Source: an uncultured Acidimicrobiales bacterium (lineage in GTDB: Bacteria > Actinomycetota > Acidimicrobiia > Acidimicrobiales > SHLQ01). From it: a stretch of 64,000 nucleotides of DNA. Position numbers and translations under genes: made by a program. Shown one piece after another: positions 24,018-32,515 of this stretch. The notes beneath the pieces were generated by a model, which ran no database searches, was not told the origin of the DNA, and saw only the letters and a program-made list of their open reading frames with translations. Each line of letters begins with the position of its first letter. Within the stretch, counting starts at the first letter, position 1. The stretch is taken from the NCBI GenBank assembly GCA_964390555.1, contig CAYMJU010000125.1, forward strand, positions 53,940 to 117,939. The letters run 5' to 3'.

Positions 24018-24932
24018 ATGGCGACAGAGCGACCCGGACCCAGCGTAGGGAGCACCGCCGGGCGTCGGGCCGAGCGGGTTTCGCTCTGGCTCCTTCGTGC
24101 CGGCTGGCTCGGCGCTCCGTTCACGGTCGGCGCCGCCCTGGCCGACGCCTTCCACGACCTCGACGAACCGATCCGTTCGACCGCCTCGTGGATCGCCTGG
24201 CTGGCGTGGGCCGCAGGCCTCGCCGCGCTCGCCGTGCCCCGGGCACCCTCGCTCACGGTCGTCCGGATCGTCGTGCCGGGCGCACTCGCGGCCGCCGGGT
24301 GGGCAAACATCGATGCTGATGTAGGCGCTCTCACGGTGGCATCGGTCGCGCTCGCGGCAGCGGCGACCGCGCTGGCGCTGAGCCCGCCGGTCACCGACGC
24401 GTTCGTCGACGGATCCTCGTACGGCCCCGAGCGTCGCGTCGGCTTGAAGGTACCGCCGATGCTCCTGCTCGGCCCGATTCCACTCACGTGGTCGGCGGCG
24501 ACCGCGGGGGTGGTAACCGGCCCCCTCCTACTGGCCGCCCGCCAATGGGTGCTCGGCGCGCTCGCGGTAGCTGCCGGTGGGGCCGTCGTGGTTGTCGCGT
24601 GGCGGGCGTTGAACCAGCTGTCTCGGCGGTGGCTCGTCTACGTCCCGGCCGGGGTCGTGGTCCACGATCCCCTCGCGCTACGAGAGCCGGTCTTGTTCCA
24701 ACGCCACACCATCGCCGGCTTCGGTCCCGCGCCGGTCGACGCGGCGACCGCGACCTTGGACCTCACCAAGGGTGCCGCCGGCCTGGTGCTCCATCTCGAC
24801 GTGCGGTCACCCGTCGACCTGCCCCTCGCCCGCAGCGACCGCACCGAACCGGCGGCGTCGCTCCTGCTCGCGCCCGGTCGGCCGGGGGTGGCGGTCGCCG
24901 AAGCCGCCGCCCGCCGCATCACCATCGCCTGA
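24018..24932 (+). CDS. Hypothetical multi-pass membrane protein
   Basis: ORF 23826-24932 trimmed to ATG 24018. It has several hydrophobic segments (WLLRAGWLGAPFTVGAALA, WIAWLAWAAGLAALAV), and I recognise no family. Confidence 0.5.
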   Translation: MATERPGPSVGSTAGRRAERVSLWLLRAGWLGAPFTVGAALADAFHDLDEPIRSTASWIAWLAWAAGLAALAVPRAPSLTVVRIVVPGALAAAGWANIDADVGALTVASVALAAAATALALSPPVTDAFVDGSSYGPERRVGLKVPPMLLLGPIPLTWSAATAGVVTGPLLLAARQWVLGALAVAAGGAVVVVAWRALNQLSRRWLVYVPAGVVVHDPLALREPVLFQRHTIAGFGPAPVDAATATLDLTKGAAGLVLHLDVRSPVDLPLARSDRTEPAASLLLAPGRPGVAVAEAAARRITIA

Positions 24933-24953
24933 GCCGCTCGCCAGCGTCGTCGG

Positions 24954-25991
24954 TCAACTGACGGCGATACCGCCGCCGAGGACCTGGTCGCCGTCGTAGA
25001 GCACGACGCTTTGACCCGGAGCGATGCGGCGCTGGGGCGTGGAGAACGAGATGGTGGAGCCCACGACGACCCCGGCGAGGGGCCGGCCGTGGGCGCTCGC
25101 CTGCACGATCACCGGACCGGTGACGGGCGTGGCCGCCCACACGAAATCGGTCAACTCGACGCGATCGGTCAGCAGTTCGGCACGCCGGCCGAGCCGAACG
25201 GTGGCGGTCGTCACATCCACCGCTACGGCGTAGCGACGCTCGCCGCTCGCCACCCCCAGCGCCTTGCGCTGGCCGATCGTGACCAGCTCGACGGCGGGCA
25301 CCGATCCGACGACGGAACCCGACTCGTCGACCACCCGTCCCGGCGTCAGAGGGATGCGCGACCCGAGAAACGACTCGCGGCCGCCGGTTGCCGTGATGAA
25401 GCAGACGTCTTGGCTATCGGGCTTGGCGGCGGTGCGGAGGCCGAGCACCCGGGCCCGGGTTCGGACCTGGTCCTTGGTGAGATGGCCGATCGGCAACCGC
25501 AGCCGCCCGAGCTGGCCCTGACCGAGCATGTAGAGCACGTAGGACTGGTCCTTGGCACGGTCGGCGCCGCGGGCGACGCGCCGCGTCCCGTCGGCGCGCT
25601 CGACGACCCGGGCGTGGTGGCCGGTCGCCACGGTGGCGAACCCGAGCGCGTGGGCTCGGTCGAATAGCACCGAAAACTTGAGGTGCCGGTTGCACTCGAT
25701 GCATGGGTTCGGGGTGAGCCCCGCCGCATGGGCGGCCACGTAGGGCTCGACCACGTGGCGCTCGAAGGCGTCGCCGAAGTTGAACACGTGGTGCTCGATG
25801 CCGAGGTGGTCAGCGACGCGGCGGGCGTCATCGACGTCGGACACGCTGCAGCAGCCCGAGTCGCTGTCGCCGCCCCACAGCTTCATGGTCACCGCGGTCA
25901 CCCGGTAGCCGGCCTCGAGCAACTCAGCCGCCGCGACCGACGAGTCGACGCCGCCCGACAAGGCGACCAGAACCTCGGGCGGGCCGGTCAT
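24954..25991 (-). CDS. mnmA: tRNA 2-thiouridine(34) synthase
   Basis: ORF trimmed to ATG 25991 (ATGA overlap with the upstream desulfurase stop). The PP-loop VLVALSGGVDSSVAA is present. Confidence 0.92.
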   Translation of the reverse strand: MTGPPEVLVALSGGVDSSVAAAELLEAGYRVTAVTMKLWGGDSDSGCCSVSDVDDARRVADHLGIEHHVFNFGDAFERHVVEPYVAAHAAGLTPNPCIECNRHLKFSVLFDRAHALGFATVATGHHARVVERADGTRRVARGADRAKDQSYVLYMLGQGQLGRLRLPIGHLTKDQVRTRARVLGLRTAAKPDSQDVCFITATGGRESFLGSRIPLTPGRVVDESGSVVGSVPAVELVTIGQRKALGVASGERRYAVAVDVTTATVRLGRRAELLTDRVELTDFVWAATPVTGPVIVQASAHGRPLAGVVVGSTISFSTPQRRIAPGQSVVLYDGDQVLGGGIAVS

Positions 25992-27121
25992 GCGGCCCGA
26001 TCGCGGAGTTGGTGGACCGACGCGACGAAGGCGTGGACGGCATCGTCGACATCGGCGGAGGTGCTGGAGTGACCGAGGGTGAGCCGCACCGACCCGGAGA
26101 TCTCGGCCAGCGGGACCCCCATCGCCGCCAGCACGTGGGATGGCTCGTTGGCCCCGCTCACGCACGAGGCCGCGGCCGATGCGTCGACACCGTGGCGTTC
26201 GAGCAGGAACAGCAGGGCCTCGCCCTCGACGTCGGCCAGGCGCACATGGGCGTGGCCGGGGAGCCGATTTGCTCGGGAGGCGCGGCCCCCGGTCTCTACC
26301 AGGCCCGGCACCTCGGCCAGCAACCGATCGGCGAGGCCGTCGCGTAGGGCGGACACGCGAGCCGTGGTCGCGACCCGCTGTTCGACCAGCTCGCCGATCG
26401 CCGCGGCCAACGCGACCACGCCGGGCACGTTGTGGGTACCGGCGCGGCGGCCCCGCTCCTGGCCACCACCGTAGGTGCGGCTGGCGATCACGACATCGGG
26501 GCCGACGGCCAGGGCGCCCACCCCCTGGGGGGCGCCGAGCTTGTGACCGCTGATCGACACCAGGTCGACGATCTCGCCGAGGTGGGCGAGGTCGAGCCAG
26601 GGCATGGCCTGGACGGCGTCGACGTGGATCAGCGCGTTCGGCGCCGCGCGGCGAACGATCGCCGACACGTCGGCCAGCGGCTGCACGATCCCCGTCTCGT
26701 TGTTGGCCGCCATGACCGACACGAGCGATACACCATCGTCGAGGTTCGCCTCCAGCGCCTGGAGGTCGACGGTGCCGTCCGAGATGACCGGAACGAGCTC
26801 TCCTCCGAGGGCGACGACCGCGTTGAGCACCGCGTGATGTTCGATGGCCGAGCAGAGAACCCGCCCGCCGCGACGGGCGTGCACGCCGAGGACCGCGAGG
26901 TTGTCGGCCTCGGTCCCACCCGACGTGAAGATCACCCCGCCCGGGTCGAACCCGAGTGCGGCGCCCACGACGTCGCGGGCATCGTCGAGTGCTCGCCGGG
27001 CCTGGCGAGCCACCCGGTGTGAGCCTGACGGGTTACCGGCCCGATCACTCATCCAGGGCAGCATCGCGGCGATGGCCGCCGCGCGCACCGGAGTCGTCGC
27101 GGCGTGGTCGAGGTACGCCAT
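25988..27121 (-). CDS. iscS: Cysteine desulfurase (NifS/IscS class)
   Basis: The track starts at TTG 27127, but ATG 27121 (MAYLDHAATTPV) is more likely. The PLP-lysine motif ISGHKLGAPQGVGAL is present, and the gene is coupled to mnmA. Confidence 0.9.
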   Translation of the reverse strand: MAYLDHAATTPVRAAAIAAMLPWMSDRAGNPSGSHRVARQARRALDDARDVVGAALGFDPGGVIFTSGGTEADNLAVLGVHARRGGRVLCSAIEHHAVLNAVVALGGELVPVISDGTVDLQALEANLDDGVSLVSVMAANNETGIVQPLADVSAIVRRAAPNALIHVDAVQAMPWLDLAHLGEIVDLVSISGHKLGAPQGVGALAVGPDVVIASRTYGGGQERGRRAGTHNVPGVVALAAAIGELVEQRVATTARVSALRDGLADRLLAEVPGLVETGGRASRANRLPGHAHVRLADVEGEALLFLLERHGVDASAAASCVSGANEPSHVLAAMGVPLAEISGSVRLTLGHSSTSADVDDAVHAFVASVHQLRDRAA

Positions 27122-27146
27122 ACCCAAAGCCTAGAACCCGCGCCAA

Positions 27147-27245
27147 TAGGTGAGTGCTCGAGGTCCGATCGGTCTCGCTCGCCTGCTGGCGCAGGCGACA
27201 AGTACCACTGTCACATTGGATGGCTCGCCTATCGGCTCGCCCTCT
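27147..27245 (+). repeat. Unclassified ~100-nt interspersed element, copy E1
   Basis: 27164-27245 matches the reverse complement of 39851-39932 at 76/82 positions with no gaps (hand alignment). The terminal TAGGTGA is shared. E1 contains the hairpin TCGCCTGC-tggc-GCAGGCGA (27179-27198) and the palindrome CCGATCGG. Confidence 0.85.
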
Positions 27246-27264
27246 TACGACCGCGCGGCGGCCT

Positions 27265-27278
27265 GTGACCTTGGCCCC
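27265..27278. promoter_or_regulatory. Candidate DevR/DosR-like operator
   Basis: GTGACC-TT-GGCCCC lies 63 nt upstream of the CBS-nirK operon ATG. It matches GGGACC-WW-GGTCCC at 10/12 half-site positions. Confidence 0.35.
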
Positions 27279-27340
27279 TACTCCCCCCATCGCCCCGCGG
27301 GTCCACTGGAGACACCACCGTTCACGAGGAGGAATCGCCG

Positions 27341-27976
27341 ATGAAGACGGTTCGAGATCTGATGACCGTCGATGTGTCGACCGTCGACCGCTCGGAGGTC
27401 GTCGGAACAGTCCGCGATCGACTGCTCGACCGTCGTATCCACGCCGTGCCGGTCGTCGATGCGGGCGGCCGGGTGGTCGGCATCGTGTCGTCGCTCGACC
27501 TGGTCGAGGAGTGGGCGCCGGAGCAGGGCATCACGACTGTGATGTCTACCGATGTCCGTTTTGTGGACTCCGGCGCCACAGTGGCCCAGGTCGCCAGCGC
27601 CATGCTCGACGAGCGGATCCACCACCTGGTGGTGGTCGATGGAACCGAGTTGGTGGGCATCGTGTCGTCACTCGATCTGCTGAGGGAACTCGCCCACCGG
27701 ATCCCCGAACAGTTGCGGCCCGCACCGGAGCGGAGCGACGAACGCGCCGAGCGCGGTGATCTGGTCGTCGTGCACGGCAAGGCGATCGGCACGAAGGAGC
27801 GCCGGGGCGTGATCACCCGCACCGGACCGGACGGCGAGGCGCCGTACTTCGTCACCTGGCTCGAGGACGATCACGACCCACCCCACGAGGTCATGTTCTT
27901 CCCCGGCTCCGACACCCACATCGAACACCCGGTGCGAAACGCGGCCGGAACCGGCGCGACCCAGGAGGCATCATGA
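27341..27976 (+). CDS. CBS-pair protein with C-terminal DUF1918-like domain
   Basis: 211 aa with a strong GAGGAGG RBS. Two CBS repeats (VRDLMTVDV...VGIVSSLDLV and VMSTDV...VGIVSSLDLL) are followed by GDLVVVHGKAIGTKERRGVITR...YFVTWLEDDHDPPHEVMFFPGSD. Confidence 0.8.
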   Translation: MKTVRDLMTVDVSTVDRSEVVGTVRDRLLDRRIHAVPVVDAGGRVVGIVSSLDLVEEWAPEQGITTVMSTDVRFVDSGATVAQVASAMLDERIHHLVVVDGTELVGIVSSLDLLRELAHRIPEQLRPAPERSDERAERGDLVVVHGKAIGTKERRGVITRTGPDGEAPYFVTWLEDDHDPPHEVMFFPGSDTHIEHPVRNAAGTGATQEAS

Positions 27977-29382
27977 CCACGACGCTGATCCCGCCCACGC
28001 CTCGAATCGATGAGGCGCCGAACCCCGGGGATGACCGGCAGGTGCGCCTTGAGGGGTGGCTGATCCTCGTCTCGTTGCTCGCGGCGGTGAGCATGATCGG
28101 AGCTATCGTCGCCGCCGGCATCGCCATCGTGCGAACCGACGACGAGCAGCCGGCAGCCGTCGGCACGCCGATGACCGTCGAGGTCACACTCGGCGAGTTC
28201 TTCGTGGAGCCGGCAACGCTCGAGGTCCCAGCCGGGACCGACCTGACCCTCGTGGTCACCAACGATGGGGCGATGCCCCACGACCTGAAGCTCGACGGCG
28301 AGCGCGGTACGGACATGCTCGACCCGGGCCAGACCCAGGAAGTGTCCCTCGGCGTGATCGAGGAGCCCGGCGAGGCCTGGTGCACCGTCCCGGGTCACCG
28401 AGAGGCGGGCATGTCGATGCAGATCACCGTCTCGGGTGATGCGCCCGGTAACGGGCCCCCAGCGCCTGGCTCCGGTGCGGCGTCGATCGATGCCGCCCTC
28501 GAACCCGGGCCGGAGTGGGTTCCGTTCGACCCCGCGCTCGAACCGGCACCCGGCGCCACTGAGCACGAGATCGAGCTGCACGCCTCCGAGGTGGAAGTCG
28601 AGGTGGCTCCCGGCGTGACCCAGCTCATGTGGACGTTCGGGGAACAGGTGCCAGGGCCGGTGCTGCGCGGTCGAGTCGGCGACCTGTTCACCGTCACTCT
28701 CGTCAACGACGGCGAGCTCGGCCACTCGATCGACTTCCACGCGTCGCGGGTCGCGTGGAACGACGAGATGCGCACGATCGAGCCCGGCGAGTCTCTCGTC
28801 TACCAGTTCCGGGCCGAGTACGCGGGCGCGTACATGTACCACTGCGGCACGCCGCCGGCGCTGCACCACATCGGCAACGGGATGTACGGCGCGATCATCA
28901 TCGATCCGCCGAACCTGGCGCCGGTCGACCACGAGTTCGTCGTCGTCCAGAGCGAGCTGTACCTCGGACCCGACGGCGAACCCGGTGACCTCACGAAGAT
29001 GGTCGGCGAGGACTGGGACGCCGTCGTGTTCAACGGTTACTACAACCAGTACCGCTACGCGCCGATCCGGGTGGAGACAGACGAGCGCGTCCGGGTCTGG
29101 GTCGTCGACGCCGGGCCGTCGGAGAACTCGGCGTTCCACATCGTCGGCACCGTGTTCGACACCGTGTACAAGGAAGGCGACTACCTTTTGCGACCCGGCG
29201 AGGGCCAAGGCGGTTCGCAGGTCCTCGACCTCCAGCCCGCGCAGGGCGGATTCGTCGAGTTCAGTTTCGCCGAGGGCGGTCTGTACCCGATGGTCACCCA
29301 CAAGTTCGCCAATGTGGGCAAGGGTGCCCTCGGCCTGTTCCAGGCCGGCGAGGTCCAGTCCGACTCCGGCGCCGAGCACTGA
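27973..29382 (+). CDS. nirK: Copper-containing nitrite reductase (NirK-type two-domain MCO) with N-terminal TM anchor and extra cupredoxin domain
   Basis: 469 aa with an ATGA overlap with the CBS gene. The N-terminal cupredoxin carries H..C..H..M (MPHDLKL...CTVPGHREAGM). The core has HSIDFH (T1/T2 His plus catalytic Asp), YHCGTPPALHHIGNGMYG (His-Cys...His...Met), AFHIVG and THKF. Confidence 0.8.
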   Translation: MTTTLIPPTPRIDEAPNPGDDRQVRLEGWLILVSLLAAVSMIGAIVAAGIAIVRTDDEQPAAVGTPMTVEVTLGEFFVEPATLEVPAGTDLTLVVTNDGAMPHDLKLDGERGTDMLDPGQTQEVSLGVIEEPGEAWCTVPGHREAGMSMQITVSGDAPGNGPPAPGSGAASIDAALEPGPEWVPFDPALEPAPGATEHEIELHASEVEVEVAPGVTQLMWTFGEQVPGPVLRGRVGDLFTVTLVNDGELGHSIDFHASRVAWNDEMRTIEPGESLVYQFRAEYAGAYMYHCGTPPALHHIGNGMYGAIIIDPPNLAPVDHEFVVVQSELYLGPDGEPGDLTKMVGEDWDAVVFNGYYNQYRYAPIRVETDERVRVWVVDAGPSENSAFHIVGTVFDTVYKEGDYLLRPGEGQGGSQVLDLQPAQGGFVEFSFAEGGLYPMVTHKFANVGKGALGLFQAGEVQSDSGAEH

Positions 29383-29414
29383 GCTGACAGTCTTCGCTCG
29401 ACTCGATCGTGCGA

Positions 29415-30206
29415 TCAGATGCCGGCTCGGGCGTCGGAGCGCTGCTGGTAGGCGGCGGCGACGCAGGCGAGGTACACGTCGGGCGGCAGCTCGCGCGGGA
29501 GCGATTGTCCGGTCCGTTCAGCGACACGCGTCGCCAGCTGGACAGCCAGGCTGCCTCGGGCGGCCGGCGTGAGCGATGCGCTGCGCAGCAGCAGCGAGCG
29601 CACCAGCGCATAGTCCGCCGGACGAAGCCGGGCCAGGTCGAGTCGCGCCATGAACGACTCGTAGCCGTAGGGCACCGAGAACCGCACCGGGGCCAGGGTG
29701 CCGGCCCCGAGCCGCTCACGAATGACCAGGGTGCCCGCCGCCATGTCACCGAGACGTTGCCCTCGCGACGACACGATCATCGAGGCCAAACCGATACCTC
29801 CGAAGCTGACGAACACGTCGATCAGGTCGAGCATGGCGCGGGTCGACGCCGCCCGGAATCCGACCGGCCCGCCCGCGGTGGTAACCACGCGAAGCCCGAG
29901 GGCGAGCTTGCCGATACTGCGACCCCGGCACCACAGCTCGAAGACGACGGGATAGGCGAACAAGGCCAGGAAGACTGCGACGACGAGCACGATCACGACG
30001 GTGGACTCGGCTTCGGTTCCGGCGAGCAGCGCGAGGCCGAGGGCGAAGAACATCGCGTAGAGCGCCGCCGCGATGACCATCAGGTCGATCAGGCGGGCGA
30101 GAATGCGCGACCCGACGCCGGCCAGCGAGAATTCGAGCAGCACCGCCTCGGGCGTGACAAGCCCATTCGGTCGGCCAGGCATGGCTCTACTGTGCACAGA
30201 GCCCAC
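29415..30206 (-). CDS. RDD-family membrane protein
   Basis: 263 aa. SRILARLIDLMVI, RGRSIGKLALGLRVV and RLGDMAAGTLVIRE are typical of the RDD domain. Confidence 0.75.
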   Translation of the reverse strand: MGSVHSRAMPGRPNGLVTPEAVLLEFSLAGVGSRILARLIDLMVIAAALYAMFFALGLALLAGTEAESTVVIVLVVAVFLALFAYPVVFELWCRGRSIGKLALGLRVVTTAGGPVGFRAASTRAMLDLIDVFVSFGGIGLASMIVSSRGQRLGDMAAGTLVIRERLGAGTLAPVRFSVPYGYESFMARLDLARLRPADYALVRSLLLRSASLTPAARGSLAVQLATRVAERTGQSLPRELPPDVYLACVAAAYQQRSDARAGI

Positions 30207-30223
30207 GGTAGTGTTCTCGCTGC

Positions 30224-31234
30224 TTGGACATCGACCGTTACATCGTCGAGAACAGCGCCTTCTGGAGCGAGCTCGAGGCCGCGACTGCGGCCACGCGGCG
30301 GCGGCGAAACCTGCATGGAGCGTCGATCGACCGGCTCATGACCCTCTACCAGCGCGCGTCGAGCCAGCTGTCCTATGTACGCGTCACCTTCGACGACCCG
30401 GCGCTAACCAGCCGACTCACCACCCTGGTCGCCAACGCGAGAGCGACGATCTACGGGACCCGACCGCGGTCGTGGCGTAGCGCGATCGATGGCGTCACCT
30501 ACGCGTTTCCGGTCGCGCTGTGGCGGATCCGCTGGTTCGTCGCCGCGTCGGCCGCGCTCTTCTTCGTCCCGGCCGTGATCTTCGGCGTGTGGTTGGCCAA
30601 CAGCGACGTGGCGCTCGATGCCGAGCTACCGGCGGAGTATCGCGAGGCGTTCGTCGAGGAGGAGTTCGAGGATTACTACTCATCGGCTCCGGCGGCCCAG
30701 TTCTCGACGCAGGTGCTGATCAACAACATCCAGGTCTCGTTCCTCGCCTTCGCATCGGGCATCGTCGTGTGCGTCGGCACAGCGTGGGTGCTCATCACGA
30801 ACGGTCGCCTCATCGGCGCGACCGCCGGCGTCTTTCACAACGTCGACCAGCCGGGCCATTTCTGGGGGCTGGTGCTCCCGCACGGTCTGCTCGAGATCAC
30901 CGCGGTGGTGATCGCCGGTGCGGCCGGCCTCCGCATCGGGTGGGCGATCGTCGACCCGGGGGATCGATCCCGAGCCGTCGCCCTGGCCGAGGAGGCCCAC
31001 AGCGCGGTGACGGTCATCATCGGCCTCGTCGCGGCGTTCGTGGTCGCCGGGATCATCGAGGGCTTCGTGACGCCGAGCGATCTGCCGACGGCGATGAGAG
31101 TCGGCGTCGGGGCGCTGGTCGAGTTGGCGTTTCTCACCTACGTCGTCGCGTTCCATCGGGGGCCACCGAGCCCGAACCCCGTCCGCGCACGACGGCAGGG
31201 TCAGAGGCGTCCCGTCGCCTTGGTCTTGATGTAG
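30224..31234 (+). CDS. SpoIIM-like (DUF95) integral membrane protein
   Basis: 336 aa. An N-terminal soluble helix region is followed by multi-pass segments with HGLLEITAVVIAGAAGLRIGWA, typical of stage II sporulation protein M-like proteins. The gene is divergent from the RDD gene. Confidence 0.7.
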   Translation: MDIDRYIVENSAFWSELEAATAATRRRRNLHGASIDRLMTLYQRASSQLSYVRVTFDDPALTSRLTTLVANARATIYGTRPRSWRSAIDGVTYAFPVALWRIRWFVAASAALFFVPAVIFGVWLANSDVALDAELPAEYREAFVEEEFEDYYSSAPAAQFSTQVLINNIQVSFLAFASGIVVCVGTAWVLITNGRLIGATAGVFHNVDQPGHFWGLVLPHGLLEITAVVIAGAAGLRIGWAIVDPGDRSRAVALAEEAHSAVTVIIGLVAAFVVAGIIEGFVTPSDLPTAMRVGVGALVELAFLTYVVAFHRGPPSPNPVRARRQGQRRPVALVLM

Positions 31235-32511
31235 GCGTCGGCCAGCCGGGCCGCCAGGAGGTGGGGCGGCTCTTCGATCACGGTGGCGCCGACGCGGCGG
31301 AGCCTCGCCGCCACCCGCTCACGCTCGACCAGCGCGGATCGCGCCGCTACGCTTCGATACGCCGCCGCTCCATCGACGGGGGGCTCGGCGGCCCACGCCT
31401 CGACCGCGGGGTCTCGCACGGCGGCAACGACGACCAGATGTGATCGCGTGACCAACGGCAGAGCGGGGATCAGGTGGAGCTCAATCGCCTGCTCGACCAG
31501 GTCGGTGAACACCACGAGCATCGTGCGTCGCCGGAACCGAGTGAGCGAGTGAACGAACGCCTGCCGGTAGTCGCTTTCCACCAGCCGCGCCTCGAGATCG
31601 AAACACGACTCCAGGATGCGCCCGAACTGGGCCCGTCCGGCGTGCGCTGACACGACCGACCGGACCTGGTGATCGAACGCGACCATGCCGAACCGGTCGC
31701 CGAGTCGGGTGGCGACGGTCGTCAACGCGAACACCGCGTCGAGGGCGTGGTCGAGTCGAGGCACCGCGTCGACGCGGCCCGCCATGAGCCGTCCGGTGTC
31801 GAGCAACGCCAAGACGGTCTGGTTGCGCTCGGCCCGGTAGGTGCGCACGATCGGGCGCCCGGTGCGGGCGGTCGCGGCCCAGTCGATCCGCCGGGTCTCG
31901 TCGTCGTCGGTCCATTCGCGGAGCTGATCGAAGTCGGTTCCGCCCCCACGGCCGCGGGCGGACCGCAACCCGACATCGAGCAACCGGGCCTGACGGATGC
32001 GCAACTCGGCTTCGTCTCGTGAACGAAAAACGGGGTGCACACGAATCGTGCCGGGCAGCGAGCGGGTGCGCTGGCGAGACGCCAGGCGTCCCGGGCCGTC
32101 GACCCGGACGACCACCGCGGTCGGCTCGAAGCGACCCCGGCGCGTCGGGCACAGTCGGGTGGCCGCGGTCGCCGACGACCCCGGTGGCAGGACCAAGCGG
32201 AACCGGCGGGTCGCGGCCAGGAGCGACGGGGCGAGCTCGTCGGCTACGGCCACGTGAACCACACGTCCGGTCGGGTTCACGACCGTCCATCGAAGCGACG
32301 CGGGCTGGTCGAGCACCGCGACCGACGGCGCCATTCGGGAAACCTCGATGCGACCAGGATCGACCGCAAGGGCGGCGTCGATCGCGCCGACGCACAGCAC
32401 GACCCCCGCAACGACGAACATCGTCGCCGGCTGATCCCACGGCGCCAGCGCGGTGGCGACCGACGTGACGGCCACCAACACCGCCAGGCGCCACGTGGGG
32501 ATCGGGAGCAC
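31201..32511 (-). CDS. DUF58 (vWA-like) protein
   Basis: 436 aa with two N-terminal TM segments and the motif GTDFDQLREWTDDDETRRIDWAATARTGRPIVRTY. It lies downstream of MoxR. Confidence 0.8.
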   Translation of the reverse strand: MLPIPTWRLAVLVAVTSVATALAPWDQPATMFVVAGVVLCVGAIDAALAVDPGRIEVSRMAPSVAVLDQPASLRWTVVNPTGRVVHVAVADELAPSLLAATRRFRLVLPPGSSATAATRLCPTRRGRFEPTAVVVRVDGPGRLASRQRTRSLPGTIRVHPVFRSRDEAELRIRQARLLDVGLRSARGRGGGTDFDQLREWTDDDETRRIDWAATARTGRPIVRTYRAERNQTVLALLDTGRLMAGRVDAVPRLDHALDAVFALTTVATRLGDRFGMVAFDHQVRSVVSAHAGRAQFGRILESCFDLEARLVESDYRQAFVHSLTRFRRRTMLVVFTDLVEQAIELHLIPALPLVTRSHLVVVAAVRDPAVEAWAAEPPVDGAAAYRSVAARSALVERERVAARLRRVGATVIEEPPHLLAARLADAYIKTKATGRL

Positions 32512-32515
32512 GGTT

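Noticed and set aside
27045-27290. An 81-aa minus-strand ORF through E1 whose peptide RGRADRRA(I/L)QCDSG..RLRQQASETDR is also encoded by E2 inside the ATPase. Three of the six E1/E2 substitutions are synonymous third positions in this frame, so I considered a conserved micro-protein.
   Set aside because: Six substitutions are too few for any dN/dS statement. The E1 ORF has no RBS and runs out of frame into the desulfurase gene. Conservation is explained by nucleotide identity of a recent repeat. It remains only a remote possibility.
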